From a virus (lineage: Duplodnaviria; Heunggongvirae; Uroviricota; Caudoviricetes): a DNA stretch of 64,000 nucleotides. The stretch lies in the IMG/VR virus record IMGVR_UViG_3300026549_002476. The stretch is one strand, 5' to 3'. Below are positions 19,399-29,343 of this stretch, in pieces. The notes below the pieces were generated by a model that ran no database searches, was not told the DNA's origin, and saw only the letters and a program-made list of their open reading frames with translations. A program made the position numbers and the translations under genes. Position 1 is the stretch's first letter. Each line of letters begins with the position of its first letter.

Positions 19399-20815
19399 AG
19401 AATTTGGGGATTGGAAAGTTTTGCATAAAGCAGAGAAGGATCGATACTGGACTTGTCAGTGTAAATGTGGTACAGTAAAAGACGTATTAGATTACTCTCT
19501 AAAAAGTGGTAAATCAAAATCTTGTGGTCATTGTAATAATCCATATATTCATGCAGGAGATAAGTTTAATCATTGGACAGTTTTAGGCTGGGATAAAGAT
19601 AGAAATACATGGAAATGTCAGTGTGACTGTGGAAATATAGGATATGTTAGTGCAACGTCTTTAGTTAAGGGTTACTCAAAGTCATGTGGCTGCCAGCAAG
19701 GAAAATTAAGGGCAGTAACTATGATAAGTCGTTATGGTGAAACGGCTACTAATAAAGTAAACAGCCAATGTATTCGTGATGGATGGCAAGCTGAAACCAT
19801 GTATGACAAGGATAGACTGAAAGAATTTATAGTTAACCTTGGATATAAACCAACAATTGAAGATTTGGCTAATTTACTTGGAGTTCAGAGAGCAGCAATG
19901 CTGAAAAGAATAAATACACTTGAACTAAGGGATTATATAAACTTTGAGCATGACTATGCCAAATCAAATGGCGAAGATGAACTTTTAGAATATATAAAGA
20001 GCATATGCAATAAAGAGATAAAGACTCATGTAAAAGATGTAATTAAACCATATGAGTTGGACATTTATATGCCAGAATTAAACCTCGCATTTGAGTTTAA
20101 TGGAGATTATTGGCATAGTGAAGTATTCAAAGATAAGAAATATCATCAAAATAAATTTCTCATGTGTACTAAGAAAAACATTCAACTTATACAGATTTTT
20201 GAGAATGAATGGGAGCTTAACAGAGATAAAATTGAAGCTTATATCAAAGATAAAATAAACCCTGAACATGTGTTATATGCTAGGAAATGTAAAGTAAAAT
20301 ACATAGATTCAAAAGATGCTGTAGATTTTGAGAACTTATATCATATAAGCGGCGGAGTAACTGCAGCAATTAATCTTGGAATTTATTATAATGACAAGTT
20401 AATCGGAGTAATGACTTTTAATAAATCAAGGTTTAACAGTAATTATCAGTATGAAATAATAAGAAGCTGTTATAAGGCTGGATATATAGTTGTTGGCGGA
20501 TCAGAAAGAATGATCAAGCAGTTTATAAAAGATTACAAGCCAAGAAGCATAGTAAGCTACTGTGATTTAAGCAAGTTTGTGGGTCTATCTTATTTGCACA
20601 TGGGATTTAAAATGAACCGAGTTACAGAGCCTAATTATGTTTGGATGAATTTAAACAACTCAGACATTAGAAGTAGATACCAGTGCATGAAGCAGAAATT
20701 AATAAAAAATGGTTGGGGTACAGAAGACCAAACTGAAAATGACATTATGCATAATCACGGGTATACAAAGATTTGGGGTTGCGGAAACGCAGAATATGTT
20801 TGGGTGGATGAATAA
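19370..20815 (+). CDS. multi-domain protein: two tandem Cys-rich zinc modules (W-x-C-x-C-x-C-G…S-C-G-[CH]) plus a Vsr/DUF559-like PD-(D/E)xK nuclease-like core and a further C-terminal domain; paralog of the next gene; possible free-standing homing-endonuclease-like element
   Basis: Repeats WTCQCKCGTV…SCGHC and WKCQCDCGNI…SCGC. YELDIYMPELNLAFEFNGDYWHS resembles Vsr/DUF559 cores. Collinear similarity with ORF 20818-22545. Confidence 0.4.
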   Translation: MVLKMDLTGKEFGDWKVLHKAEKDRYWTCQCKCGTVKDVLDYSLKSGKSKSCGHCNNPYIHAGDKFNHWTVLGWDKDRNTWKCQCDCGNIGYVSATSLVKGYSKSCGCQQGKLRAVTMISRYGETATNKVNSQCIRDGWQAETMYDKDRLKEFIVNLGYKPTIEDLANLLGVQRAAMLKRINTLELRDYINFEHDYAKSNGEDELLEYIKSICNKEIKTHVKDVIKPYELDIYMPELNLAFEFNGDYWHSEVFKDKKYHQNKFLMCTKKNIQLIQIFENEWELNRDKIEAYIKDKINPEHVLYARKCKVKYIDSKDAVDFENLYHISGGVTAAINLGIYYNDKLIGVMTFNKSRFNSNYQYEIIRSCYKAGYIVVGGSERMIKQFIKDYKPRSIVSYCDLSKFVGLSYLHMGFKMNRVTEPNYVWMNLNNSDIRSRYQCMKQKLIKNGWGTEDQTENDIMHNHGYTKIWGCGNAEYVWVDE

Positions 20816-20817
20816 GG

Positions 20818-22545
20818 ATGGAAAGTAAAAAGAAAAGATTAACTTCAAAAGACATAATAGGACATAGATTTGGAAGGCTTGTAGCTTTGTCATATGCTGG
20901 AGATGGCAAATATTTGTGCCAGTGTGACTGTGGAAATAAGAAGTTAATTGCCACATATAGCCTTACAAGTGGAGCAACACAATCTTGTGGGTGTTTAAGG
21001 CGTGAAGTAACTAGTAAAACTATGATGAAATATGATTTAACCGGACAGACATTTGGTGAATGGACTGTTATAGCTCATCATGGATCAGGCAGTTTATGGT
21101 TATGTCGATGTAGCTGTGGAAAAGAAAAACTTATAGCTGCAAGCCATTTATTAAGTGGAATTACAAAATCTTGTGGACATAATACAACGGGATTTAAGGA
21201 TTTAACAGGACAAAAATTTGGCAGACTTACAGTAATTAGTTACAATGGGCATAGAAGTTGGCATTGTAAGTGTGATTGCGACAGAGAGACTGATGTAGTA
21301 ACAGATAATTTAATTAATGGTCGAACTACATCTTGTGGGCATCATCTAAAGAACGAAGATCAGTTTATAGATATATCTGGAAGAACGTTTGGATACTTAA
21401 CAGCTATTAAATATGTTGGTGGAAATAAGTGGCTATGCAAATGTATTTGTGGAAATTATACTATTAAAGATTCACAGCATTTAAGAAGATCTGATACTAT
21501 ATCATGTGGGTGTAAAGAACCTAAAAAATGGACTGAGGATGAAATAATAGAAAAAATAAATGAATATATAAAGATAAATGGGGAAAGACCATATAGATAT
21601 GACTTATGTTCTTTGTTGAATCTTTCACATACTTCTGTAGAAAGATGGATACAAAGGTATAATTTGTATGAATATATTGGATCAACTTATAGAAGCAGAT
21701 ATGAAGAAGAAATAAATAAAATGTTTCCAACTAATTTTGTTAATGATAGGCATGAAATACCTGGGTATGAACTAGATCTATATTATCCAGAGCAGAGAGT
21801 AGCAATAGAGTTCAATGGGAATCTATGGCATTCAGACAGATATAAGGATAAAAATTATCATAAGAATAAAGCAATAACTTGTGGAAAAAATAATATAAAG
21901 TTAATAAGTATATTTGAATACGAGTGGGAAGATCCAAACAAAAAATCTAAAATTATTAATCTAATAAAAAGAGAACTTAACATAGATAAACCGAATATTA
22001 TATATGGAAGAAAAACTTATATACATACAATAGATAGTGACACAGCTAAAAATTTTCTTGAATTATATCATATAGATGGCAATGCAACATCTAGTATTCA
22101 AGTAGGGATGTTTTTTGATAATGAACTAATAGGGGTTATTACTCTTGGGAAACCAAGGTTTAATAATAAATATGAGTATGAAATAATAAGATTGTGTTGG
22201 AAAGATAATACAGCAGTTATTGGTGGGACTAACAAATTAATAAGATATGTTATTAAAAAATATAATATAAAATCTTTAATAACATATGCAGATTTATCAA
22301 AGTTTAATGGAATGTCCTATAAAAAGTTTGGGTTTAAAGTAGATGGTATAACTGATCCTAATTACATATGGTGGACATCTAATGGAAATGAAGTATTAAC
22401 AAGATATCAAACTCAAAAACATAAATTAATTCAATTAGGACTTGGTAAAGCAGATGAAACAGAAGAAGAAATCATGACAAAAATGGGATATAATAAAATA
22501 TATGATTGTGGCAATATGAGGTATACATGGATTAGAAATAATTAA
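20818..22545 (+). CDS. paralog of the previous gene with four Cys-rich zinc modules plus the same nuclease-like and C-terminal domains
   Basis: Four repeats of about 48 aa, each with a (D)LTGQ-FG-(R)L-T-V-I…W-x-C-x-C-x-C-G…S-C-G-[CH] pattern. YELDLYYPEQRVAIEFNGNLWHS core. Confidence 0.4.
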   Translation: MESKKKRLTSKDIIGHRFGRLVALSYAGDGKYLCQCDCGNKKLIATYSLTSGATQSCGCLRREVTSKTMMKYDLTGQTFGEWTVIAHHGSGSLWLCRCSCGKEKLIAASHLLSGITKSCGHNTTGFKDLTGQKFGRLTVISYNGHRSWHCKCDCDRETDVVTDNLINGRTTSCGHHLKNEDQFIDISGRTFGYLTAIKYVGGNKWLCKCICGNYTIKDSQHLRRSDTISCGCKEPKKWTEDEIIEKINEYIKINGERPYRYDLCSLLNLSHTSVERWIQRYNLYEYIGSTYRSRYEEEINKMFPTNFVNDRHEIPGYELDLYYPEQRVAIEFNGNLWHSDRYKDKNYHKNKAITCGKNNIKLISIFEYEWEDPNKKSKIINLIKRELNIDKPNIIYGRKTYIHTIDSDTAKNFLELYHIDGNATSSIQVGMFFDNELIGVITLGKPRFNNKYEYEIIRLCWKDNTAVIGGTNKLIRYVIKKYNIKSLITYADLSKFNGMSYKKFGFKVDGITDPNYIWWTSNGNEVLTRYQTQKHKLIQLGLGKADETEEEIMTKMGYNKIYDCGNMRYTWIRNN

Positions 22546-22561
22546 ATTATAGAGGTTGTGT

Positions 22562-25500
22562 ATGTATAGTAAAGGTAAATTTCATTCAAAAGGTAAAGAT
22601 TATGATGCTCTCGTAAATTACACGAAGAGTAGGACAGAAGTCCTGTTAATATCAAAAGGAACTATTGTATCAGCTTACAAAACTGATAAAACTGGGAATT
22701 ACAGCTTTGCAAGTATGGCTGCTCAGGATTTATTTAAGGTGGTATCAAAAGGTCTTGGCTATTGTAACTCTAAGAATGGAACACCTATGCCATTCGTTGG
22801 GTTAGGAGCAGTAACTAGACATGAGTTTAGCAAGATGAAGCTACACTATGATATTACTGAAATTAACCATGAGCTTGTGGAATGTGACATATCAAATAAT
22901 GAGACAGATGACAATGGAAGTTCTAAAATGACTCTTAATTTGTCTCATATTGATAAAGCTATTATTCCAAATAACATTGCATATGTTAAACTTACTGAAG
23001 TAAAAGATGTAAAAACTGTAGAAAATGCTGAAGAAGACCTTGACAATATAGTTACACGAAGTATTGAAGAGATTGCTCTAACTAAGGAAGACGGTGGAGC
23101 ATGGCTTAAGAACAAGAAATACTATATTGTCAATGATGACGCAACAGCTGAGCAGATTTTTGAATACCTTGACAATTATGATGGTGCTATTGCATATGAT
23201 ACAGAGACTACAGGGTTAAAGATTAACTGCTTTGGTAAAGTTGGTTCACATTATGAAAAGGAATTAGCAGAATATAATGCAAGTCACCCTGATGAAAAGA
23301 TTCGTGAGGACCGGCTTGTTGGGATTATTTTCTGTGTTGAACCGAATGTGAGCTATTATTTTCCAGTGTTTAACAGAAAGTTTAAGAATCTATATCAGGA
23401 TTTAAACAGTCCAATCCGTAAGAAAACTGTAGAGATCATTAAAGCAAGATATACAATTGGCGAGTTTAGGGATAGAGATTCTGACATGGCTAATTACATC
23501 AGAAACACCCCAGAGAATGAGTGGAGACTTGATGTAATTCTGATGGAACGTGTCAGAGATATTTTAAGCAAGAAGCATATTGTCACACATGGCGGAATTT
23601 TTGAGTGGCGCGTTGGATGGACTTATGAAATTGATACAAATATCTGCGATGACACGATGATTATTCATCAGTTAATTTATAAGTTTAGAAGTACAACGAG
23701 CAATGCAGGTGAGCCTTCTAACCTGAAGTATCTAGCTAAGCATGATCTTGGTGTTGACCAGTGGGAATTAAAGGATTTCTTCCCGAATTTCAAGGCTGAC
23801 GATACCGGACTTGTTAAAGAGCGTAAAGATGGTAAAGGGCCTAAAAAGGGAAGTAGAATTGATTTCTCATATATGGATTATGCTGGTACACAGATTTATG
23901 CACCAGCTGATGGAGACATGACTCTCGAGTTGTATTTGAAGTACAAGAAAGATATGCTTGAACATTTTAAGGACTTTGAGTATATCTATAATATTGAGAT
24001 TATTGTAACTTGTGCCATGGGTTATGTTGAGTTTTATGGACATAGAATTAATGAGAGTAAGATCAATGGTGCTCGTTTACAGACTGCCGCTGAAATAGTA
24101 GATGTAGAAGAGCAGATTAGACAAGCTATTAATTATGCTAGCCAAGATGAAATAAATGTACATAATCAGTTAAAGACGGCTATGACTGAGGCTGAAAAAG
24201 GCGATGTAAACGATCCAGCTATTTCTGGCAAGCTTGACGGGTTAGCTAAAAAACTTAGAGAAACAATTGATGCAAATACAGATCATGCTTTAAACATCAA
24301 TTCACCTGCACAGGTAGCTGCATTATTCTTTGATGTACTTGGTTATCCCGATCCAGATGGAAAGAGATCAGTGAGCAAGAAGGTTTACAAAGGTCTTGCA
24401 AAGGAAGTTGGGGATGACGGTAAACTGAAGTATCCAATCGCTGGTTTATATCAGAAATACAAGGCTAAGGTAACACTTCAAACAAAATTCTTTGATCAAT
24501 TGCAGTATTTCCAGTATCCAGAGGGGTTGATTTTTTCTGATTTTGGTCAGATCAGTACTGCTACAGGCCGTATGAGTTGCAAACATCCAAATTGCCAGCA
24601 GTACCCTAAAGTTATTACCAAGATCGTTGAGCCAAGACCTGGATACATTATGTTGGATGCTGATTATTCACAGATTGAGTATCGTGTCCTTACAGCATTA
24701 GCTCATAACTCTGGATTAAGAGAACTGTTTAGTAGTCCTGATAGTGATTATCATACACTTATGGCTTCTCTAATGTATGGTGTTCCATATGCAAGCGTGA
24801 CACCACAGATGAGATCATCTGCAAAGAGTTTCAATTTTGGTATACCATATGGCATGGGCTTTAAGTCATTAGCAATATTACTTCATGGAAACGCATCTCC
24901 AGAATCAGTAGATGACGCAAAAGTCAAATATGAAATGTATTTTAAGAACCAGCCAAACACTCGCAAATTCTTTGATAATGTTAAGGAACAAGCTCAGGTG
25001 TATGGATATACTAAAACAGCATTTAATCGTAGGAGATATTATAATTTTACATCAAAAGATGGAACAGTTAATAATGCAAAAAAGGCAGCAGCATTAAGAC
25101 AAGCAGGTAACGCTGTTATTCAAGGATGCCTCAGTGGTGAAACTAGGATACAAACGAAAGAATTAGGTATCATTAAAATTAAGGATGCAGTCAATACACA
25201 TCTACATGTATGGGATGGTAATACCTGGGCAGAAGGAGATGTACTTTATTCAGGAAAGAAACAGAAGTGCATTGTTACATTCAGTAATGGACAAAAGTTC
25301 ATTTGCAGTCCAATTCATAAGTTTCTTGTGAAGAGCCATAAGGGTAATACCAGGTTTGTAGAGTGTAAGGATCTGTTAACCAAAGCAAATTCAAAGAACC
25401 CTCATAGGATTGTGATTAATCCTAAGTATGAGAAGTCTGATTTTGTTTATTCTAGCAATTGGGCTAGAAGATATGATGAAATTAGTAACAATGCTAATAA

Positions 25501-27274
25501 TGCACATTTAGATGATGCAGATAACTCTTTTGATGCAGGAGTTGTACTTGGAAGACTGGCATCAGTTGGTACAATTGGAAAAAGAGAAGAAGGCGCATCT
25601 TACATTTTAAACTCTGTAGCAGAACATGAGAAGAATATAGTTCCTGAATTGAGAAGATGTTTGAGCTTTTACGGAGATGTAAAGGAACATATATTAAATA
25701 GAGAAGGCAAGAATGAGGCTATAGATAGAATGTACATTTATAGCAAGTCTCTTGTTGACGAAGTAAGCGAGCTTGATATTAAGCACCATATTAGCGATTT
25801 AATATTCCAAGACACTGAAATGCTTAGAGGTTTTTTGAGGGGAATATTTGATGGCGATGGCGGAATCATGGGAAAAACGATCACTTTGACTTTTGGTAAG
25901 CAGAGCGATTTTACAGAGTACATGAGAGATATTCAGAAGGCTCTTGCATTTTTTGGTATTAGAAGCAGAATATATGAATTTAAAGACTGCTATCATGTTA
26001 CAATTAAAGAGAATGATAACAATAGATTTTTGGACCTTATTGGATTTATGAATAAAGACAAGCAGGATAAAAGGGATGACATACAGCCAATTAGAGATGA
26101 GCATATTTTTGGAAGAATCCTTATTCCTGAATCCGTAGAGATCACTGACGAATGGATTGACATGTATGATGTGTGTAATACAACTAATGGTTACTATGTA
26201 GCTGACGGAATTGTAACACATAACACAGCTGCTGATATTTTTAAAATCAGCCTTGCTCGTAATTTTACATTTATTAGAAATCATAATCTTTATGGTAAAT
26301 TGTTAATTATAAATCTTATTCATGATGAGCAACTTATGGAAGTAGATGTGCAGCATTTAAATGCTCAGAGGATACTTGCAGAAGTTGGAAGAAACATGCA
26401 GTTCAGCTTGCCAGAGTTTCCACCTTTGTACATTGGTGCAGGTATTGGTAAAGCTTGGGGCACTGCTAAAGGCAAGATGGCAGAGATTCATCCGCTCTTG
26501 CTTGAGCAGTATACTAAAGAAGCTGAGAATATTCCGATTGAGAGAGCTGAAGCAACTTGGAATGATCCTAATAAAGTAATTGAGTACTTTGATGATAGAA
26601 ACTTAGAATTCAGACGTAAGAAAGTAGCTGATTACATTACAGATCCAAGCCATTGGAATCAGCCATTACACCCTGCAATTGGTGGTCTAATCAATCTTCA
26701 GTTTAATTATGGACGTGGTGGTGATGCTAAGGCTTATGTAGATGAAAATGGAAATCATGTGACAGATGCAGAATTTCTTGAAATGAACTTAGCAGACTTC
26801 ATTAAAGAAAATGGATTAAATGTTGATCCACATACATTCTTTGAGGACAAAGATCAAGTTCAGGCTGAAACACAAGATGAAGAAGAAGACAAAGAATACG
26901 ATGACGATGATGATGAAAATCCAGATGACATTGCAACATCAATTAGTGACGACCCAGATAAGGTATTTTCAGTAGTTGATGAATCTGATAAAACATTTGG
27001 ATCCTCTCTTCAAGACATTATATCTGTGTTTGGATGCTGTTTATTGGAAAATCAAAGAGTGTGTGGTATTGATTTAAGAGGTATGAGTAACAAAGGACGT
27101 AATAGCATGATTGATGCTATTTGTGAGTATGTATGTGAACCAACAGATAGTAAGGGATTACAGCTTGTGTTTCTTAAAGACGGAAACATCCTAGATAAAA
27201 CAGGGGTTTATGTTTCTGGAATCAATGGTTCTACAGCTGAAGCTGAATACAAGAAATTTAAAGCTTTACACTAA
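22562..27274 (+). CDS. polA: DNA polymerase I-like family A polymerase (3'-5' exonuclease plus polymerase), intein-containing, with about 300-aa acidic/Cys-containing C-terminal extension
   Basis: RBS agagg plus ATG at 22562. Exo motif IAYDTETTGL. Pol motifs LDADYSQIEYRVLTAL (A), KSFNFGIPYGMG (B), NAVIQG/TAADIFKISLA (Taq NMPVQGTAADLMKLAM), LIHDEQLMEV (C). Confidence 0.9.
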   Translation: MYSKGKFHSKGKDYDALVNYTKSRTEVLLISKGTIVSAYKTDKTGNYSFASMAAQDLFKVVSKGLGYCNSKNGTPMPFVGLGAVTRHEFSKMKLHYDITEINHELVECDISNNETDDNGSSKMTLNLSHIDKAIIPNNIAYVKLTEVKDVKTVENAEEDLDNIVTRSIEEIALTKEDGGAWLKNKKYYIVNDDATAEQIFEYLDNYDGAIAYDTETTGLKINCFGKVGSHYEKELAEYNASHPDEKIREDRLVGIIFCVEPNVSYYFPVFNRKFKNLYQDLNSPIRKKTVEIIKARYTIGEFRDRDSDMANYIRNTPENEWRLDVILMERVRDILSKKHIVTHGGIFEWRVGWTYEIDTNICDDTMIIHQLIYKFRSTTSNAGEPSNLKYLAKHDLGVDQWELKDFFPNFKADDTGLVKERKDGKGPKKGSRIDFSYMDYAGTQIYAPADGDMTLELYLKYKKDMLEHFKDFEYIYNIEIIVTCAMGYVEFYGHRINESKINGARLQTAAEIVDVEEQIRQAINYASQDEINVHNQLKTAMTEAEKGDVNDPAISGKLDGLAKKLRETIDANTDHALNINSPAQVAALFFDVLGYPDPDGKRSVSKKVYKGLAKEVGDDGKLKYPIAGLYQKYKAKVTLQTKFFDQLQYFQYPEGLIFSDFGQISTATGRMSCKHPNCQQYPKVITKIVEPRPGYIMLDADYSQIEYRVLTALAHNSGLRELFSSPDSDYHTLMASLMYGVPYASVTPQMRSSAKSFNFGIPYGMGFKSLAILLHGNASPESVDDAKVKYEMYFKNQPNTRKFFDNVKEQAQVYGYTKTAFNRRRYYNFTSKDGTVNNAKKAAALRQAGNAVIQGCLSGETRIQTKELGIIKIKDAVNTHLHVWDGNTWAEGDVLYSGKKQKCIVTFSNGQKFICSPIHKFLVKSHKGNTRFVECKDLLTKANSKNPHRIVINPKYEKSDFVYSSNWARRYDEISNNANNAHLDDADNSFDAGVVLGRLASVGTIGKREEGASYILNSVAEHEKNIVPELRRCLSFYGDVKEHILNREGKNEAIDRMYIYSKSLVDEVSELDIKHHISDLIFQDTEMLRGFLRGIFDGDGGIMGKTITLTFGKQSDFTEYMRDIQKALAFFGIRSRIYEFKDCYHVTIKENDNNRFLDLIGFMNKDKQDKRDDIQPIRDEHIFGRILIPESVEITDEWIDMYDVCNTTNGYYVADGIVTHNTAADIFKISLARNFTFIRNHNLYGKLLIINLIHDEQLMEVDVQHLNAQRILAEVGRNMQFSLPEFPPLYIGAGIGKAWGTAKGKMAEIHPLLLEQYTKEAENIPIERAEATWNDPNKVIEYFDDRNLEFRRKKVADYITDPSHWNQPLHPAIGGLINLQFNYGRGGDAKAYVDENGNHVTDAEFLEMNLADFIKENGLNVDPHTFFEDKDQVQAETQDEEEDKEYDDDDDENPDDIATSISDDPDKVFSVVDESDKTFGSSLQDIISVFGCCLLENQRVCGIDLRGMSNKGRNSMIDAICEYVCEPTDSKGLQLVFLKDGNILDKTGVYVSGINGSTAEAEYKKFKALH
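25127..26224 (+). mobile_element. intein (366 aa) with LAGLIDADG homing-endonuclease domain, inserted between Q-G and T-A-A-D of the polymerase
   Basis: In frame with polA. Begins CLSGET and ends VTHN followed by Thr. Internal FLRGIFDGDGGI and DAGVVLGRLASVG LAGLIDADG-type blocks. Extein halves re-join into the conserved PolA motif. Confidence 0.8.
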
Positions 27275-27305
27275 GTTGTATTAATAATAAGATAAATAAT
27301 ATAAT

Positions 27306-27364
27306 AGCATTGAAGTATAATAAGTATATTTAAAAATTAATTACTTCAATGCTATTTTTATTTT
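27306..27364 (+). terminator. hairpin/terminator after polA
   Basis: agcattgaagt … acttcaatgct 11-bp stem with a large loop, followed by atttttatttt. Confidence 0.45.
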
Positions 27365-27404
27365 AAGTATTAGAAGTAAAATACACATAATTGGTGATAC
27401 TTAA

Positions 27405-27893
27405 ATGGACAATAATAATACAATTGTAATGCCTGGGCATGATAATACAGGCGCTGATATGTTAAAACAATCTAATGCATTGGCTAGTGATCGTGAAAAG
27501 GTAAAGGATGCAATCTCTGGCAGAGAAGTTGATATTGTAATTATACCTAAGGAAAAAACTATTGATCCAAAGAATTACTTATTATACATAGCTAATTGCA
27601 AACTAAATCCTATACAAACAGGTGTATTAAAAATGTTAACTGTTAAGAATAGTGATATTGACGCAATTAATCAAATTGATGAAGAAGATAGAGTCACAGT
27701 TTACTTGTATAATAAGAATAAAGGTATTTTAAACATTGGAATAGGTAATGATAGACAATTAAGTCGATTGTTACCATTGATTAAAAAATATGATTTTGAT
27801 GATAAAATACATATTTATGTAAATGTTGAAGCAGGTAAGCCATTAAAAGAGCTTAATGAAGTCAATTTCTCTAAATTTAGATTAAGAATTTAG
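27405..27893 (+). CDS. hypothetical protein
   Basis: ORF with a modest RBS. Confidence 0.4.
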   Translation: MDNNNTIVMPGHDNTGADMLKQSNALASDREKVKDAISGREVDIVIIPKEKTIDPKNYLLYIANCKLNPIQTGVLKMLTVKNSDIDAINQIDEEDRVTVYLYNKNKGILNIGIGNDRQLSRLLPLIKKYDFDDKIHIYVNVEAGKPLKELNEVNFSKFRLRI

Positions 27894-27940
27894 CCTAGAT
27901 GTAGTCAAAGTATATTAAAAATTAAAATAGGAGGTTTGCT

Positions 27941-28372
27941 ATGAATGATAACACTAATATTAATAATATAAACTCTGAAAATACTGTGAATACTAAGGCA
28001 AAATCTGATCCAGAAATTGATAATTGTATGAATAATCTTATGAAGATGAAGTTTTCAGAGAAGAGTACAAAGGTAGCTGTTTCTTTTAGAAAAACTTGCT
28101 TTATTAGAGATTACGAAACGGAAGTTGTCGAGGCAGACACAGAAGTTACATTTGATCATGAAATTTCTGGGGCAGAAAGAGAGTTTGTAGCTACTGCACT
28201 TCAGGCTCAAATGGAATACGCAGGATATGCTGGTTTGAGAAGTAAAAAGCTTATTTCTGAAAAGGAGTTTGCAGAGCGCAAGAAGGATTTAGCTACTTCT
28301 GTAGTAAGCTTTGCAAACAAACTGGAACAGATTGAAGGGCCTGGAAGTGTAGCTAAATACTTTAAGGATTAA
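27941..28372 (+). CDS. hypothetical protein
   Basis: Strong RBS aggaggtt. Confidence 0.45.
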   Translation: MNDNTNINNINSENTVNTKAKSDPEIDNCMNNLMKMKFSEKSTKVAVSFRKTCFIRDYETEVVEADTEVTFDHEISGAEREFVATALQAQMEYAGYAGLRSKKLISEKEFAERKKDLATSVVSFANKLEQIEGPGSVAKYFKD

Positions 28373-28376
28373 AGCT

Positions 28377-29060
28377 ATGAGATATAACATTAAATGTGAA
28401 CCATTTCCAATAGTTGTATGCAATTTAAGTGATGGCGAGGAAATTATTACTGAAAGCGGAGTGATGGTTTGGATGTCTCCTAACATGGAGATGCAAACAC
28501 AAGCTGGTGGTATAGGTGGATTCTTTTCAAAAACATTATCTGGTGAACATGGATTTACTAATACTTATGTATCACATGGAAAAGGATTAATTACACTCGG
28601 AAGTCACTTTGCAGGACAAATAGTAGATATTGATATAACACCAGAAAAAGATTTTATACTTCAAAAAGGTGCTTTCTTAGGTATGGAATCTGGGGTCAAC
28701 ATGTCAATATTTTTCAGACCAAACCTTGTGACAGGAAGCTTTGGTGGTGAAGGGTTTATAATGCATAGACTTTCAGGGAACGGAAAAGTTTTTGCAGAAG
28801 TAGATGGGTCTTTGGTTAAATATCAGTTGGAACCAGGACAGCAGATGATAGTTAGCACAGGACATGTTATAGGTATGGATTCAACTGTTATAATGGACAT
28901 TAAAACAGTTGCAGGGTTGAAAAATAAATTGTTTGGCGGATATGGATTTTTCAATACTGTTTTAACTGGGCCAGGAGTTATTTATTTGCAGACAATGCCA
29001 ATTAGTAAGTTAGCAAGATCTATTATTCCATACTTACCAAGAGATGACAGTAAATATTAA
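28377..29060 (+). CDS. AIM24/TIGR00266 (DUF124) family protein
   Basis: Gly-rich repetitive beta pattern (GGIGGFFSK…GEGFIMHRLSGNGKVFAEVDGSLVKYQLEPGQQMIVSTGHVIGMD…GGYGFFNTVLTGPGVIYLQTMP) typical of this family. Confidence 0.6.
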   Translation: MRYNIKCEPFPIVVCNLSDGEEIITESGVMVWMSPNMEMQTQAGGIGGFFSKTLSGEHGFTNTYVSHGKGLITLGSHFAGQIVDIDITPEKDFILQKGAFLGMESGVNMSIFFRPNLVTGSFGGEGFIMHRLSGNGKVFAEVDGSLVKYQLEPGQQMIVSTGHVIGMDSTVIMDIKTVAGLKNKLFGGYGFFNTVLTGPGVIYLQTMPISKLARSIIPYLPRDDSKY

Positions 29061-29088
29061 AGACTAAAAGAATGACAGGTGTATTCTT

Positions 29089-29343
29089 ATGGAAGACAGA
29101 TCGGATAGATATGTAATGCTGGTTAATGACAGATGGCTCTTTGACAGAGAAAAGAACATTTGTTATCAGATTAGTTATAATCAGAATGGAGAGTATAGCA
29201 AGTATAAAGAAGCATTTAACATTACTTTTGATGATAATAACAATATGATTTTCAATAAGAAAATCAGAGTTCCACTTCTTATACTAAAGGAGGCATCGTA
29301 TCAGTCAACAAAACCAAGAAAGTTTGTGGAGGACAATGAGTGA
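29089..29343 (+). CDS. hypothetical small protein
   Basis: ORF with a weak RBS. Confidence 0.3.
   Translation: MEDRSDRYVMLVNDRWLFDREKNICYQISYNQNGEYSKYKEAFNITFDDNNNMIFNKKIRVPLLILKEASYQSTKPRKFVEDNE

Noticed and set aside
24912-25097. ORF 24912-25097 (+) inside polA.
   Set aside because: Alternate frame nested in the polymerase gene upstream of the intein. No independent signals.
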